Below, in pieces: positions 43,847 to 56,100 of a stretch of DNA of 64,000 nucleotides; the stretch's first letter is position 1, and each line of letters starts with the position of its first letter. Where the stretch lies: positions 1 to 64,000 of the forward strand of contig JAUCBJ010007402.1 in NCBI GenBank assembly GCA_032718475.1, in the 5' to 3' direction. Under the pieces are notes generated by a model. That model was not told where the DNA came from. It saw only the letters and a list, made by a program, of their open reading frames with translations, and made no database searches. The stretch comes from Nemertoderma westbladi (taxonomy: Eukaryota; Animalia; Xenacoelomorpha). The position numbers and the translations under genes were made by a program.

Positions 43847-46800
43847 CATGCAGCAGACTTCTCCCAATCTCTGGCCCAAACCATATTTGATAGGCTTCCT
43901 CTGGATATTCGAGAAAGAATACATTTATTATCCCGCCTTGACCATAATAAAACAGTATTATTGAATGTTCACCAACTACTTTCATACTTGAATCAAACAT
44001 TACAAGATAAAGAAGATTGTGTAAGTTCTAAGGAACTAACCAAATCAGCAAGAACAGTTTTAACCACTCAATCACCAACAACAACATCAGCACAAACACC
44101 ACAATCTACAATTGCTAGTTTTCCTTCCATTACTAACCCCAACCCAGGCAATAATAATGGTGCTTCGACAGGTTATAGCAAGGATATAAAGAAATGTTTC
44201 TACTGTGACAATACTTCTCACATTACTGCAATGTGCCCTATAACACATGAAGAAAAATATAATACTGTAAGGCGAAAAAGTGCATGCACCAACTGCCTTC
44301 ACAGAAATGACCATATTGCAAAGAACTGTCCTAGCAAGTTTCGCTGTGCAAAGTGTAAAGGAAAACACCATACAAGTCTTCATAGAGATAGACCATTTGA
44401 CAATCAACAATATAGCCATGGCCATCCAACTACCTATCGCAACTCTCAACCGTCTACCCATTGGAATCAAAATTATAATAAAACCATACCGGTTAGAGTT
44501 AATTCATCTAGACCTCCCTTTCTACCATCATCACTCAAATCGCCTCAATCCACACCTAATCCAACTGCCCCAGAATGGATACCATCTAATAAAGTAAATC
44601 ATACTACATCAGCTACTATATCAGCACCCAAACCTGAGTTAACCCTTTGTCAACAAATATATACCAATAAAGATAGTATTGAGGAAAAAGATATTGCTGA
44701 TATTGTGATTTTACAAACTGCAGTGACCCAAGTAGTTTGTGGTGAAAGAATACTACAATGTAACATTTTGATAGATCCAGGCAGTCAAAGGTCATATATA
44801 ACAACCCTATGTGTAAACAAGTTAAGCAGCAGCATATTAGCCAAGAAAAATATTACTGTTTGTGGCTTTGGAGGAGTTGTAAAGTCATTACAACTTTCTA
44901 CAACAAATGTTAAATTAGTTACTAGTGATGGTCTTATTCCTTTATCTACATATGTTATTGACCAAATTGTATCGCCCTTTGACCAACACAATTGGAATTA
45001 TTGCCATACCTTAGACTACATAAAGGAGCTTGGTTTAGAAAACTTTGCAGACCCATTAAATCAAGATACATTTTGTGTTGATATCATGATTGGAGGTGAT
45101 CAATCTTGGAAATTTATTAAAGATACAATAATTAAAGGGGAAGGTCCAATGGTGCAACCTTCAAATCTTGGATATATACTACTTGGCCCCCTTTCTCCTT
45201 CTGCCTTTGAAGAAATTCATGGCCCTTACTCCCCTGATTCTGAGGGAATAACAGCATTAACTTGTATGCATTCTAGTGTAACCTTTTCTAATAACACCAT
45301 TTATGAGAAATTAGATACTCAAATTAACCATTATTTTTCATTGGAAGGTCTTGGTATAGATTCTGTTGAAATGACGGACAGAGATTTGAGGGATACTTTT
45401 ATATCCGATTTTCAGTCAAAAATAAAATTTGTTAAGGGTAAATATGAGGTGCCATTACCATTTAAATTAGATCATCAAACACTCCCTTCTAATATAGAAG
45501 AAGCTACAAGGCGGTGTAAACAAGTTTTATGGCGTTTAAAAAAAATCAATTTATTTAAAGAATATGATGATATTATTCAAGACCAGATAAATAAAGGCTA
45601 TGTGGAAATAATACCTGAGTCAGAAAATCCATGGAATGAGAAGGATTCTCATTTTATGCCACATTTTTTTGTGATGCAACCTAACAGTGTTACTACACCT
45701 ATTAGAATTGTCTTTGCAGCGAATTCTGGAAACCCATCTTTGAATGAGTGCTTGGAAACAGGACCTTGTATGCTTGCTGATCTTGTCAAAATTTTACATC
45801 TGTTCCGGGTTCCCAAATATGCATTTTGTTCTGACACAGCAAAGGCATTTTTTCAAGTTAAATTGAATCAAGAGCATTTAAATTACGTTAAATTCATTTG
45901 GGTGAAAGACCACAATCCTAATGGTGAGTTAATTGTTCTACGATATCTTGTGGTTTGGTTCGGATCTACTTCATCATCATTTCTACTTAGCGTCACAATC
46001 GACTTCCATTTGAAGAAATGTGATTCAGCTGTTGCTGCTGATATGCTTAATAAGTTTTATTGTGACAATCTACTGTCAGGATGTGACACTGAAGAGGAAG
46101 TGTTATTTTATTATAGAGAAGCTACAGAAGTGATGAAAGAAGGTGGCTTTAATCTCCGGCAATGGCGGTCAAATTCAAATATCTTAAACAATGCTGCTAA
46201 AGAAGATGGTTTGAATGCCAAAGAAACTGTAATTCGTATTTTGGGAATGGTTTGGAACACATTGGATGACACCTTCTTCTTTCCTTTGAAAACAATATTT
46301 GATACAAAAATAACCAATAACATTACTAAACGAATTATTCTAAGTCAATCTTCATTGACATATGATCCAATGGGCCTTATACATCCTGTCACCCTAAATA
46401 CGACTCTATTTGTATCAAAATTATGGGAGTGTAAATATGGCTGGGATGAACCCCTTCCCTTGCATATTTGTAATGATTGGAAAGAACAGATCCAAGAAGT
46501 TGAAAAAGTTGTTCAGGACTTCAAAATTCAGCGCCATTTAGATTTACAGAGATCAAACATTTCTCTACATACATTTGCAGATGCTTCCCTAGTGGCATTT
46601 GGGTGTGTTTCTTACTTTGTTTCAGACTTATCGGTAAATCTAATAGGCTCAAAAGTAAAAGTAGTAGCAAAAAAGAAACATAAAGGTTTATCAATTCCAA
46701 GTAAGGAACTCTTAGCACTTACACTGGCTGAACGTTATACTTCTTACCTATGTAATATATACAAACCTGCATTTGGCAATTTTATAGTTAAAATTTGGTC

Positions 46801-48832
46801 TGACAGTCTAATATGCTTGCATTGGTTACATTCAGAAAAAATGTTGAAGGTGTTTGTAAGGAATCGTGTGAAAGAGATCCTTAGTACACGTACATTACCA
46901 GAAATATCACATGTGAGGACTGATGACAACCCTGCTGATATTTTATCAAGGTCTTGTACTGCTGATTATTTATTGAAGTCAAATTTATGGCGAAATGGAC
47001 CTACTTGGCTAAAGAATAAAAAAGAATGGCCAATTTGGAAGCCTAAACATACAATTTCGATTACAGCACTTGTTGAAAAAGAAGTGTTGAATGAGTACTA
47101 CTGTGGTATATTGTCATGTATTGATTTAACAAGATTTAATAATTACGAAGCATTACTTCGAGTAGTAGCATACATTTTGCGATTTATTACGAAACATACA
47201 CGTAGTTCACTTACAATTGAAGCTGAGGAAATGAATTTATCTGAACTTTATCTTATTCGATCTCTTCAAGCTTCAGCCTTTGCAGATGTTTATGAATATG
47301 TTGCAACTAATCGTCAACTTGAACGAATTGAAGATTTAAGTAGCCATGTCAAATTACATCATGAGCGAAGTCCACCCATTGTAAAGCAACTTGGGTTATG
47401 CATGGATAAACATGGCTGTATTTGTCTTGCCGGGAGAGTAAACATAGATCATAGGTATACATTACCTTTACTGCTTCCTAAAGATCATTATGTCACAAAA
47501 CTTATTATTCGACATGTACATGAAACAAACTTACATGCAGGTGTTAGTTCTACATTAGTAGCTTTTCGACAGAAATATTGGGTAGCCAGCTCAAGACAAC
47601 AAGTGAGAAAAACAATCCATCCATGCATTATATGTTCTAAAGTTATAGGGAAACCCTTTCCCTTGCCACCAACTCCATCCTTACCATATTTTCGTATTGA
47701 TGCTGATGTACCTTACTCTGCTGTTGGGATGGATTACACGGGACATTTATGGATAATAAATGATCTTATTAATAGAGAGAAATTAAAAGTTTATGTTTGC
47801 CTATTTACTTGTTGTTCAACACGACATATTAATTTAGAACTAGCTAATGATTTATCAGCTGACGCCTTTCTTCAATGTTTTAGACGTCATTGTGCTGTAT
47901 ATTCTACCCCATCATTATGTATTTCTGATAATGCTTCAAACTTCGTAGCTGGTAATGATGAGATCAGCGAACTCTACAATACCTTAGATAAGGAGGATAC
48001 TATTAATAGCATGAAAGATATTTGTGATGCAAACAAAGTAAAGTTATATTTCTGCAAAAGAAGAATACGGTTTCATCACATACCAAAGAGAGCCCCATGG
48101 TGGGGTGGGTTGTGGGAAATTCTTGTTGGCCTTGTAAAGACTGTACTCAAGAAAATTCTAAGATCATCATTTTTGACATTTAATGAACTGGAAACTGTGC
48201 TAAAAGAATGTCAAGCAGTGATTAATGATAGACCACTATACTATATATCTTCAGATATTGACTATCCCCAACCAATATGTCCTTCGGAACTTGTATTTGG
48301 AAAGCGTATTACAGGATTACCTCATCCACATGTTGAATTAGATGATATACTTGACCCTAGTTTTGGTGTAGACAAAACAACAATTAATCAGGCCCATAAT
48401 AGACGCTCCCTCCTCCATAACCAATTTGTAACACGTTTCAGGAAAGAGTATTTGGAAATGTTAAGAGATAAACATATATCCCAATACAAAAAGGTATCAT
48501 CCTACCAGTCATGTATTGATGTTGGACAAGTAGTTCAAATACATAGTGACACACCAAGAGTCAACTGGAAGTTAGCAATTGTAGAGCAGTTAATGAAAGG
48601 TCCGGACGGAGAAACAAGAGCTGCTATAATACATACGGCAAATGGTAAAACCAACCGTCCAATTTCTAAACTATACCCACTGGAGCTTAGTGTAAGCAAT
48701 ATAGTGGACTTTAGAAAGAAAGAAACCCCTGAACCCCAAGATAAAGATATACGTAGAAGTACTAGAAATGCAGCTGCTAGAGCCACAGAAAGAATCAAGG
48801 AGCAGCTTCAAGATGGCCCGGGAGAATGTTGA
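43847..48832 (+). CDS. BEL/Pao #2 Gag-Pol remainder (zinc knuckles, PR, RT, RNase H, IN)
   Basis: In frame with 28619-29386 after removing the insertion and one TSD copy; motifs LIDPGSQRS, SDTAKAF, FYCDN, TFADAS, WSDS, H-H-CxxC, GMDYTG, SDNASNF, WEILV. Confidence 0.95.
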   Translation, partial: HAADFSQSLAQTIFDRLPLDIRERIHLLSRLDHNKTVLLNVHQLLSYLNQTLQDKEDCVSSKELTKSARTVLTTQSPTTTSAQTPQSTIASFPSITNPNPGNNNGASTGYSKDIKKCFYCDNTSHITAMCPITHEEKYNTVRRKSACTNCLHRNDHIAKNCPSKFRCAKCKGKHHTSLHRDRPFDNQQYSHGHPTTYRNSQPSTHWNQNYNKTIPVRVNSSRPPFLPSSLKSPQSTPNPTAPEWIPSNKVNHTTSATISAPKPELTLCQQIYTNKDSIEEKDIADIVILQTAVTQVVCGERILQCNILIDPGSQRSYITTLCVNKLSSSILAKKNITVCGFGGVVKSLQLSTTNVKLVTSDGLIPLSTYVIDQIVSPFDQHNWNYCHTLDYIKELGLENFADPLNQDTFCVDIMIGGDQSWKFIKDTIIKGEGPMVQPSNLGYILLGPLSPSAFEEIHGPYSPDSEGITALTCMHSSVTFSNNTIYEKLDTQINHYFSLEGLGIDSVEMTDRDLRDTFISDFQSKIKFVKGKYEVPLPFKLDHQTLPSNIEEATRRCKQVLWRLKKINLFKEYDDIIQDQINKGYVEIIPESENPWNEKDSHFMPHFFVMQPNSVTTPIRIVFAANSGNPSLNECLETGPCMLADLVKILHLFRVPKYAFCSDTAKAFFQVKLNQEHLNYVKFIWVKDHNPNGELIVLRYLVVWFGSTSSSFLLSVTIDFHLKKCDSAVAADMLNKFYCDNLLSGCDTEEEVLFYYREATEVMKEGGFNLRQWRSNSNILNNAAKEDGLNAKETVIRILGMVWNTLDDTFFFPLKTIFDTKITNNITKRIILSQSSLTYDPMGLIHPVTLNTTLFVSKLWECKYGWDEPLPLHICNDWKEQIQEVEKVVQDFKIQRHLDLQRSNISLHTFADASLVAFGCVSYFVSDLSVNLIGSKVKVVAKKKHKGLSIPSKELLALTLAERYTSYLCNIYKPAFGNFIVKIWSDSLICLHWLHSEKMLKVFVRNRVKEILSTRTLPEISHVRTDDNPADILSRSCTADYLLKSNLWRNGPTWLKNKKEWPIWKPKHTISITALVEKEVLNEYYCGILSCIDLTRFNNYEALLRVVAYILRFITKHTRSSLTIEAEEMNLSELYLIRSLQASAFADVYEYVATNRQLERIEDLSSHVKLHHERSPPIVKQLGLCMDKHGCICLAGRVNIDHRYTLPLLLPKDHYVTKLIIRHVHETNLHAGVSSTLVAFRQKYWVASSRQQVRKTIHPCIICSKVIGKPFPLPPTPSLPYFRIDADVPYSAVGMDYTGHLWIINDLINREKLKVYVCLFTCCSTRHINLELANDLSADAFLQCFRRHCAVYSTPSLCISDNASNFVAGNDEISELYNTLDKEDTINSMKDICDANKVKLYFCKRRIRFHHIPKRAPWWGGLWEILVGLVKTVLKKILRSSFLTFNELETVLKECQAVINDRPLYYISSDIDYPQPICPSELVFGKRITGLPHPHVELDDILDPSFGVDKTTINQAHNRRSLLHNQFVTRFRKEYLEMLRDKHISQYKKVSSYQSCIDVGQVVQIHSDTPRVNWKLAIVEQLMKGPDGETRAAIIHTANGKTNRPISKLYPLELSVSNIVDFRKKETPEPQDKDIRRSTRNAAARATERIKEQLQDGPGEC

Positions 48833-49117
48833 AAATATATTAGACTGTGGTGATGGGAATGTTGACCATACTGTATCTATAAAATATATTCCCTTCGGGA
48901 TCTAAGTTCTTATCTTTTTAGTTGTACCAGTACTCTGTACTGTACTGCTTTCTTATGTATATATCTGAATGTGCTTTTGTCTATGTAAGTCTGCATGTGC
49001 TTTGTATGTACATTTTATTAACTGTATGTCTTATTGCCTACCTCATGAATATGGAAACATAGTGCAGGATTGCTTGACTCTATTTTCTTCTGCTTGATTA
49101 GACTGCAATTCTCAACA
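48827..49117 (+). repeat. BEL/Pao #2 3' LTR (291 bp)
   Basis: TGTTGA...TCAACA termini, preceded by PPT. Confidence 0.92.
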
Positions 49118-49834
49118 AAGGGTGTCATAAGTGACACCACTGCTCTTTTAATTATTAACACTTATTTATTTTATTTAATTTTAATTTATTTATTTGCACT
49201 TAATTTTAGATTTACCACTAAAATAGTTTTATATATTACTTTCTAAAGGACCTCATTGACTTTGATCTCGTTTTACTTAGCCCTAGGGTATACAGCTCCC
49301 TTACTGATAACTAATTACTCTTATCTATATCCAGACAGCTTTATCGTTGACCTTTGACACCCAATTAGCTTTAACCAAGCAACAGGTTTTTAATTATAGA
49401 TGCATCCAAGCACCCCGCCCCCTCTCGTGACACCTCTGATTACTAATTACTCTTACCTATACCCAGCCATCTCCAGTTCCATAGTATGCCGCTAGAGGGT
49501 GTATTATCTGAAAATTAACATCTTCTCTAACTTTGTTATTTACAATCCGCCAAACTATTAAGCTATACTGCTGAAGAGTTCTGAGGGGCGAGCCATGAGC
49601 TAAGATGTTTGAGACTTATTTAGATATATTATTACTTAATTTTGACCCCCCGGTCGGTATCTATTACAATATAGGCCATATCTTTTGCGGAGTCACAGAG
49701 TAGTCTGAAGTTCCCCGTCTGCCGCTAGATGGCGAAATGTCTCAAAGTGAAAACCATACAGTAGCTATGAATTGGGTACTAGCCAATAATACTACATTTT
49801 GTATAGTTAGGCCTATTGCTGACCAAACGAAAAC

Positions 49835-49907
49835 TGCCATGGTCCATGGGGGGATCGAACCCATGACCTACGGGAGATGTGAATTCAACGCAACCACTAC
49901 ACCAAGG
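49835..49907 (-). other. tRNA-derived (SINE-head-like) sequence
   Basis: Minus strand has A box TGGTGTAGTGG and B box GGTTCGATCC at tRNA spacing; no proper cloverleaf. Confidence 0.6.
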
Positions 49908-50001
49908 TGGAACAGTAATGTTCGAATTTGTTCTTTGATGTTCGAATTTGTAAGACTCTCATTTAAGACCTTAGGCACTACTAAAGTCTCGAGTTTTAGG
50001 A

Positions 50002-50303
50002 CTGAGACACAGACTATGCCTCACTGAGACACAGACTATGTCTCACTGAGGAACAGACTATGCCTCACTGAGGCACAGACTATGCCTCACTGAGGCACAG
50101 ACTATGCCTAACTGAGGCACTGAGGCACAGACTATGCCTCACTGAGGCACAGACTATGCCTCACTGATGCACAGACTATACCTCTCTGAGGCACAGACTA
50201 TACCTCACTGAGGCACAGACTATGCCTAACTGAGGCACTGAGGCACAGACTATGCCTCACTGAGGCACTGAGGGATAGTCTATGCGTCACTGAGGCACAG
50301 ACT
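50002..50303 (+). repeat. 22-bp minisatellite (ctgaggcacagactatgcctca)n with 8-bp ctgaggca variants
   Basis: About 13 units; unit is quasi-palindromic (tgaggca...tgcctca). Confidence 0.95.
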
Positions 50304-50788
50304 AAATATACGAGTTATATTGCATTACATGAACAATAAATTACAATATACGAGCACAAAAGAGTTTGCAAGCACAGGTTCATATCCAACTAAAGCTCTA
50401 TATTATGCATAGAAGTGGAATACTTTAGAATGCTGGGGGAATTTGGTTTGTGAGGGATATTTGAATGGTGAGTATAACTATCCTTGAGAGTTAGTGTGAC
50501 GTTATCTCACCATAGATGGGCTTTACCACTGTACTCGCATCTGCCCTCTCATTGGCTGCCTAACTTTCCTCCCTCGAGTCCTGATTGGCTGCCTAACTCA
50601 CCCACACGCTTTGATTGGATAATCAATTCTAGCATCCCTCTATAATAGCCCCCTTTCACCGCATTCCCATTCATTCTTTAATTTTTATTTTGAAAAGTTT
50701 TATTTATTTTCATAAAAGTTATATATATTAAAATTTTTTTTAAATCATTTAGCTAAAATTCAATACTATCAATTGACATTGCTATATA

Positions 50789-51896
50789 ATGCATAGACAT
50801 GAAAGTTGTTTGGTTTGTAATAAAGAAATGAGACAAGACGATGTATCTCGTCATATGGAAACACATAGAAAGGATAAACTAATGGATCCGTTACCAAAAA
50901 ATTTTTAGAAATCCGAAGATATTTTTAAGGAAGGTGAAAAGAAAAAGAGAGATGAGCGTGATATATTAAAGATAAAACAGACAATGGAAAATAAATTTCA
51001 TAAAGTTATGAATATTTTGAAAGGGATACAAAAACAGTTACCCTTAGAAAATGAAGAAAATTTAAGTGAGAAAATGAAAAAGAAGAGGACGATGAGATGG
51101 AGAATAAAAATAGTGAGGATCAGGATGAAGTTGAAGAGAGTGAGGTTGAGAATGAAGAAAGTGTCAGGAAGAGGATGAACAAAGTGAAGATCAGGAAGAG
51201 AATGAAGAAAGTGAAGGTCAGGAAGAGAATGAAGAAAGTGAAGGTCAGGAAGAGAATGAAGAAAGTGAAGAACAGGAAGGGGATAAAGAAAGTGAAGAAC
51301 AGGAAGAGGATGAAGAAAGTGAAAAAGAGGAAGAGGATGAGGATGAAGAAAGTGAAGGTGGGTAAGGGGATGAAGAAGGTGAAGGTCAGAAAGAGGGTGA
51401 AGAATGTGAACATCAGGAAAGTGAAGAAGAGGATGAAAATAATGATAATGAGGAAATATTGAGACAATTACTTGGAAATAAGCATAAATTGCAGAAAATT
51501 GTTAAACATTTGAAGGAAAATGAAGAAAATAAAGAGGCGACATTGGCCAAAGTTCTAGGAAGTAAAATTAAATTACAGAAATTTATTAAACATTTAGAAG
51601 AGAATGATGAAAATAAAGAAGAGATATTGAGACAAATATTAGGAAACAAAAATCTAATGCGGAAATTTATTAAACAAATGGAAGAAAATGAGGAAAATAG
51701 AGAAGAGATATTAAGACAGGTTCTGGGAAATAAAAGTAAATTACTGAAAATTAATGAACAATTGAATAAAATTAAGAAACAGTTGGTTAATGAGGAAGAT
51801 GAAAGTAAAGAAAATCAACCATCTTTTACTAATTTTCGAAGACCTATGATAAAAAACTCTCGTTCAGTATATGCCCGCGCAGGACGACGCTATTGA
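50789..51896 (+). pseudogene. C2H2 zinc-finger / acidic-repeat / coiled-coil protein pseudogene
   Basis: ATG 50789: MHRHESCLVCNKEMRQDDVSRHMETHRK...; in-frame TAG ~50906, then frameshifts; Glu-rich 27-bp repeats (QEENEESEG) 51120-51450; 27-aa repeats EENKEEILRQILGNK.KL.KFIKHL; TATA (50641) and three ATTGG boxes upstream. Confidence 0.7.
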
Positions 51897-52860
51897 CATT
51901 TGTTTGTTTGAGTTCCTTTCATAATAGTATTAGGGCTATTTATCTATAACAATTATATTACTATTAGGACTATTTATCCATAACAATTATATTAGTATTA
52001 GGACTATTTATCCATAATAATTATATTAGTATTATAAATGTATTTACCCCACAATATTTATTACTATTAGGTCTATTTATTCAAGAAATTATATGTTTTT
52101 ATAATATACTTTGGAAAATTGGTCGACTAAGTCATAATTTTTAAAACTTTAAATAACTGTTGAGTTATTTTATAAAGTTAAGACGAGTGAATCAATGGAG
52201 GCAACCTGAAGTCTAATCTCTTGGCCTTTACTCATAAGACCGCACATTAACTCCCAAGGTTGCATACCAAGGTTCGAACTCACGACTTTCTAATTAGAAA
52301 ACTAAGCAAATGATCAGCTTAGACCCTTAATCTGAAGCATCGAGCAGCCGCAATGAGAGAGCAGATGCGAGTACAGTGGTAAAGCCCATCCATGGTGAGA
52401 TAACTTCACACTAACTCTCAAGGAAAGTTATACTCACCATCCAAATATCCCTCGCAATCCAGATATCCCCTAGCATCACTATGCCTCAGTGCCTCAGTGA
52501 GGCATAATCTATGCCTCAGTGCCTCAGTGAGGCATAGTCTATGCCTCAGTGAATCATAGTCTGTGCCCCAGAGTGTGATGATAGACTCAAGGTGAGGGGT
52601 TTGGTTATACTTGTTATTATAAGGTGGTGGTTAACACGGGATCCAAGTCCGACTCATTAGACTGGCTTGACTTTAACCTAGCTATTAAGAGAGTACTGCT
52701 GATATGCTTACCGGTACCTTTGACTGCAATACGGTACAGCCATATATATTTATATATCATTCAGTATTTAGTCATGCAATTAATTACACTGAATTAGCAT
52801 TCATCTGTCTGTTATTCGTTTATCTCATTATTGCGGTATCGCATTTTGAGTAACTTAACA

Positions 52861-52879
52861 TGGCGCTGCGAGTAGGATT
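52861..52879 (+). promoter_or_regulatory. Primer binding site, tRNA-Ser-like
   Basis: TGGCGCTGCGAGTAGGATT is close to the complement of the metazoan tRNA-Ser(CGA) 3' end as recalled (TGGCGCTGTGAGCAGGATT). Confidence 0.65.
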
Positions 52880-53115
52880 GATACCAAACGGAAGTGATTA
52901 CCCGATCAAACTTGAACACCAAGGGGACAAAGAACAGACTAACAGAAGAATACTGGAATGAATAAATATATATATATGTGAGTCTATCATATGCAGGGTA
53001 ACTACCTATATTGCTAATTTGTAAACCGACACCAGGTTTTTATTACCGGTACCCCAATTCTGTAATCGCATAGGCCTACCAACTGCTGAACTGCATTCCG
53101 GTACTACAAAAAAAA

Positions 53116-56100
53116 ATGGACAATATGAAAATGGAATTAGAAGCCGCCAAAGCATCCCGAAGAACATTTAAAGGCCATCTAACTAGGTCTAGGGCAACAT
53201 TAGAAACTTCTATTAGGGATTATGAAACCCACCCCCAAGGAAGCCGAGGCTCTGGGGCCACTATGCAGGCTGCTCTTAGGAAATTTGAAGAAAGGGTAGA
53301 AACCTTTATCAAAGCAGACAACACGGTAGCTCAAACCCGTGGGGCTACACAACAAGATCTTGCTATGGCAGATGTAGAGGAAGCTGACCTCGAAATTGTT
53401 CGATACACAGGAAAAGTTGCAGACCTCATAGACGCTGAGACCCACACACTCCGTCTTTCCCAGTCGCCTTCACCATTATCACCAATTAGGGGAGCTAGGC
53501 ATACAAATGATAACCCTCTAAAGGCAACTGTAAAGCCTCCACCTTTACTTGAATCCAGTGTAGATATCCGCGAATTTACACATTGGAGAAAGGCTTGGAG
53601 AAATTTTTCATTACTTACTGGCTTATCTCTGAAATCAAGGGAACATCAAGTTGCCATGTTGTGGTCTAACTGTACACCAGAATTTTTAAATATGGTGGAC
53701 CGCTTAGGAAAAATACCACAAGATACAGACATGGCCCTAGATGATGTCCTAGAATCAATTGCAAAATATCTGCGTAGCACCAGAAATATAAATGAAGATA
53801 TTCAATTATATTTACAAGTAAAACAACAACCACATGAAAAAATTGGCAAATATTATTCGAGATTATTAGAATTAGCTGAATATGCTGAAGCAGCCACATT
53901 AACATTTGATCAGCTAGCAACTGCTCTATTCATTTTAGGAGCAAATGATGAAGAGGCCAAACGCCTTGTGCTAAAAAACATACCACCATTAGATTTAGAA
54001 GAAACTGTGAAAAATTTTATAGCTGAAGAGTTAGCCCGTGAAACTGCTCCCAAATTAGAAACGCAGTTAACAAAATCACAATTATCAGCTATTACCGATG
54101 TTGAATACGACAATAATGATAGCGATATTATAGCAGCTACAAGACCAACTGCTTATCGACGTAGTAAATATAGTACCCCTAACCCTAATGGTAATACTAC
54201 CATATTATATAATAGAAGAAATGGTAATAACAGAGGTGAATTCTCATATAACCAGCAGCAGCCCCAACAAAACCGCTCCTGGTCAAGTAATAATCGGCCT
54301 CCAGTAACAAATATAAGGAAGGCCTGTGGCGCTTGTGGCGATGCCATACCAGATTCACAAATGAGACCATGCTCTGCCAAACATATCACTTGTTTTCGAT
54401 GCGGATTTACAGGACATTTTCAAGCACTTTGTCGTACTGTACTTCAAGGACAGAAAAAGGTAGCAGGAATAAAATATACAGGAAAGTGCTCTGTGATTGG
54501 TGCATTACCTAAAAGAACTTTACTTCTTGATGTAGAAATAAACAGGCAACTTATAGGAACAGTGAAAGCACGCCCAGAGACCGGTTCAGATGCTACGGTA
54601 GGAGGTATAAATTTCTTACATTCACTTGATTTAATGAACACAACCACACTCGACCCCCCCACAGTAGACAAGTTTGAATCAATAAATGGAGGAAATTTAG
54701 AACAACTAGGAACTTTAAACATTAATTTTAGAATCGGAAATAATCATATAGATACCAAAATTGTCATATGTGCAGCTGTTGAGATGGTATACTTATCATT
54801 AGAAGATAGCATAGGACTTGGAATAATTCATTCTAATTTCCCATATCCGATACCAAATATACCCAATCGTATACAAGAACATGCTATGGAAACCACAAGA
54901 GAAGTCGGTAAAATCAAACAAATAAACGCAAATAATAACAGTAAAGCTGTTTACACAAGATCCATCAGCGAAGAAATAAATGAAATTAACAAAAGTGATT
55001 TGTGGAATAAAACCAACAGGGAAACATGGATAAATTCACTTCCTACAGAACCTACTGTAGAAGAGAGGCAATCTGTAGTAAATGTCTTAATGGAAAAATA
55101 TAACATTGCTTTTGATGATAACAATTTCCTTCGACCTATGATGGGAGAAGATGTCGGTGATCCACTACATATTACATTAAAGAAAGATGCTAAACCATTT
55201 TCAATACATACAGCAAGATCTATTCCAATACCACTAAAAGAAAAGGCAAAGAATGAAATCTATAACATGGTTAACAAAGGCATAATAGCGCCTGTGGGCC
55301 TGTACCAACATCATGGTGTCACCCAATGGTGATCATTCCTAAACCAGATGGTGATGTTCGAGTTTGCGCAGATCTAACTCGGCTTAATAAACAAATAGAA
55401 CGAAGAGTCCATCCAACTATTACACCAGCAGAAGCAGTAGCATCAATAGAATCATCAAGCAAATATTTTGTAAAATTAGACGCCCGCAAGGGATATTGGC
55501 AGGTGGGAACCTGCAGTCAGAGTCAGAGTTTAACGGTCTTTATAACACCTTGGGGTAAATTTTATTATTTGCGTGCCCCAATGGGTCTTATGTATACAGG
55601 GGACCACTACGGATATAGAGGTGATATCGCATTCAATGAAATTGCAGGTATTCAGAAGATAGTAGATGATACATTAGTTGGTCGCCCAACATATCATGAA
55701 GCACTTAAAGTTGCTTGTATTTTATTAGAAAGATGTATAAAATTTGGTATTACACTAAACCAAAATAAATGTCGATTTGGGGAAACAGAAGTCATGTTTG
55801 CAGGATATAAAATACATAATGGTAGCTATACCATAGATGAGAAGAAAGTGACAGCCATAACAAACTTCCCGGCACCTAAAACACGCACTGAATTGCAATC
55901 CTTTCTTGGATTAGCTAATCAGTTAGGATCATTTACACACGAATTGGCATCAGCAACAGAACCCCTGCATCCTTTACTACAAAAAAGGAGCATATTCACA
56001 TGGCTTCCAGAACATGAATTAGCCTTTCAGAGAACAAAAGAAGTCTTAACATCCCCAGTCGTGAAAGCTCTATATGATCATAAACGTGAAACAATCATAA

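Larger units (their letters stand above)
27818..49117 (+). mobile_element. BEL/Pao LTR retrotransposon #2, interrupted by element #3
   Basis: Truncated 5' LTR 27818-27930, TGG-initiated PBS at 27931, gag-pol, PPT GGGAGAA at 48820-48826, 3' LTR 48827-49117 (TGTTGA...TCAACA). Confidence 0.93.
11057..49148 (+). mobile_element. DINE-1/Helentron-like (HINE) non-autonomous scaffold, partially duplicated and carrying nested insertions
   Basis: T-run + gtggggc subterminal motif, (ctgtcgtt)n microsatellite and ...ccaaacttggtacacatg core (11057-11280, again 20403-20505); inverted copy of the core at ~26575-26630; gccccac at 27806 and, beyond the BEL insertion, short hairpin ggtgtca-taag-tgacacc + T-run (49121-49149). 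Boundaries are inferred. Confidence 0.5.

Noticed and set aside
49835-49907. Functional tRNA gene (also considered at 60861-60938)
   Set aside because: A/B boxes are present but acceptor and anticodon stems do not pair properly.
51097-51467. Lys/Arg-rich histone- or protamine-like ORF and Phe-rich antisense ORF
   Set aside because: Alternative frames of the GAA-rich repeat; the Glu-rich frame connects to the downstream ORF.
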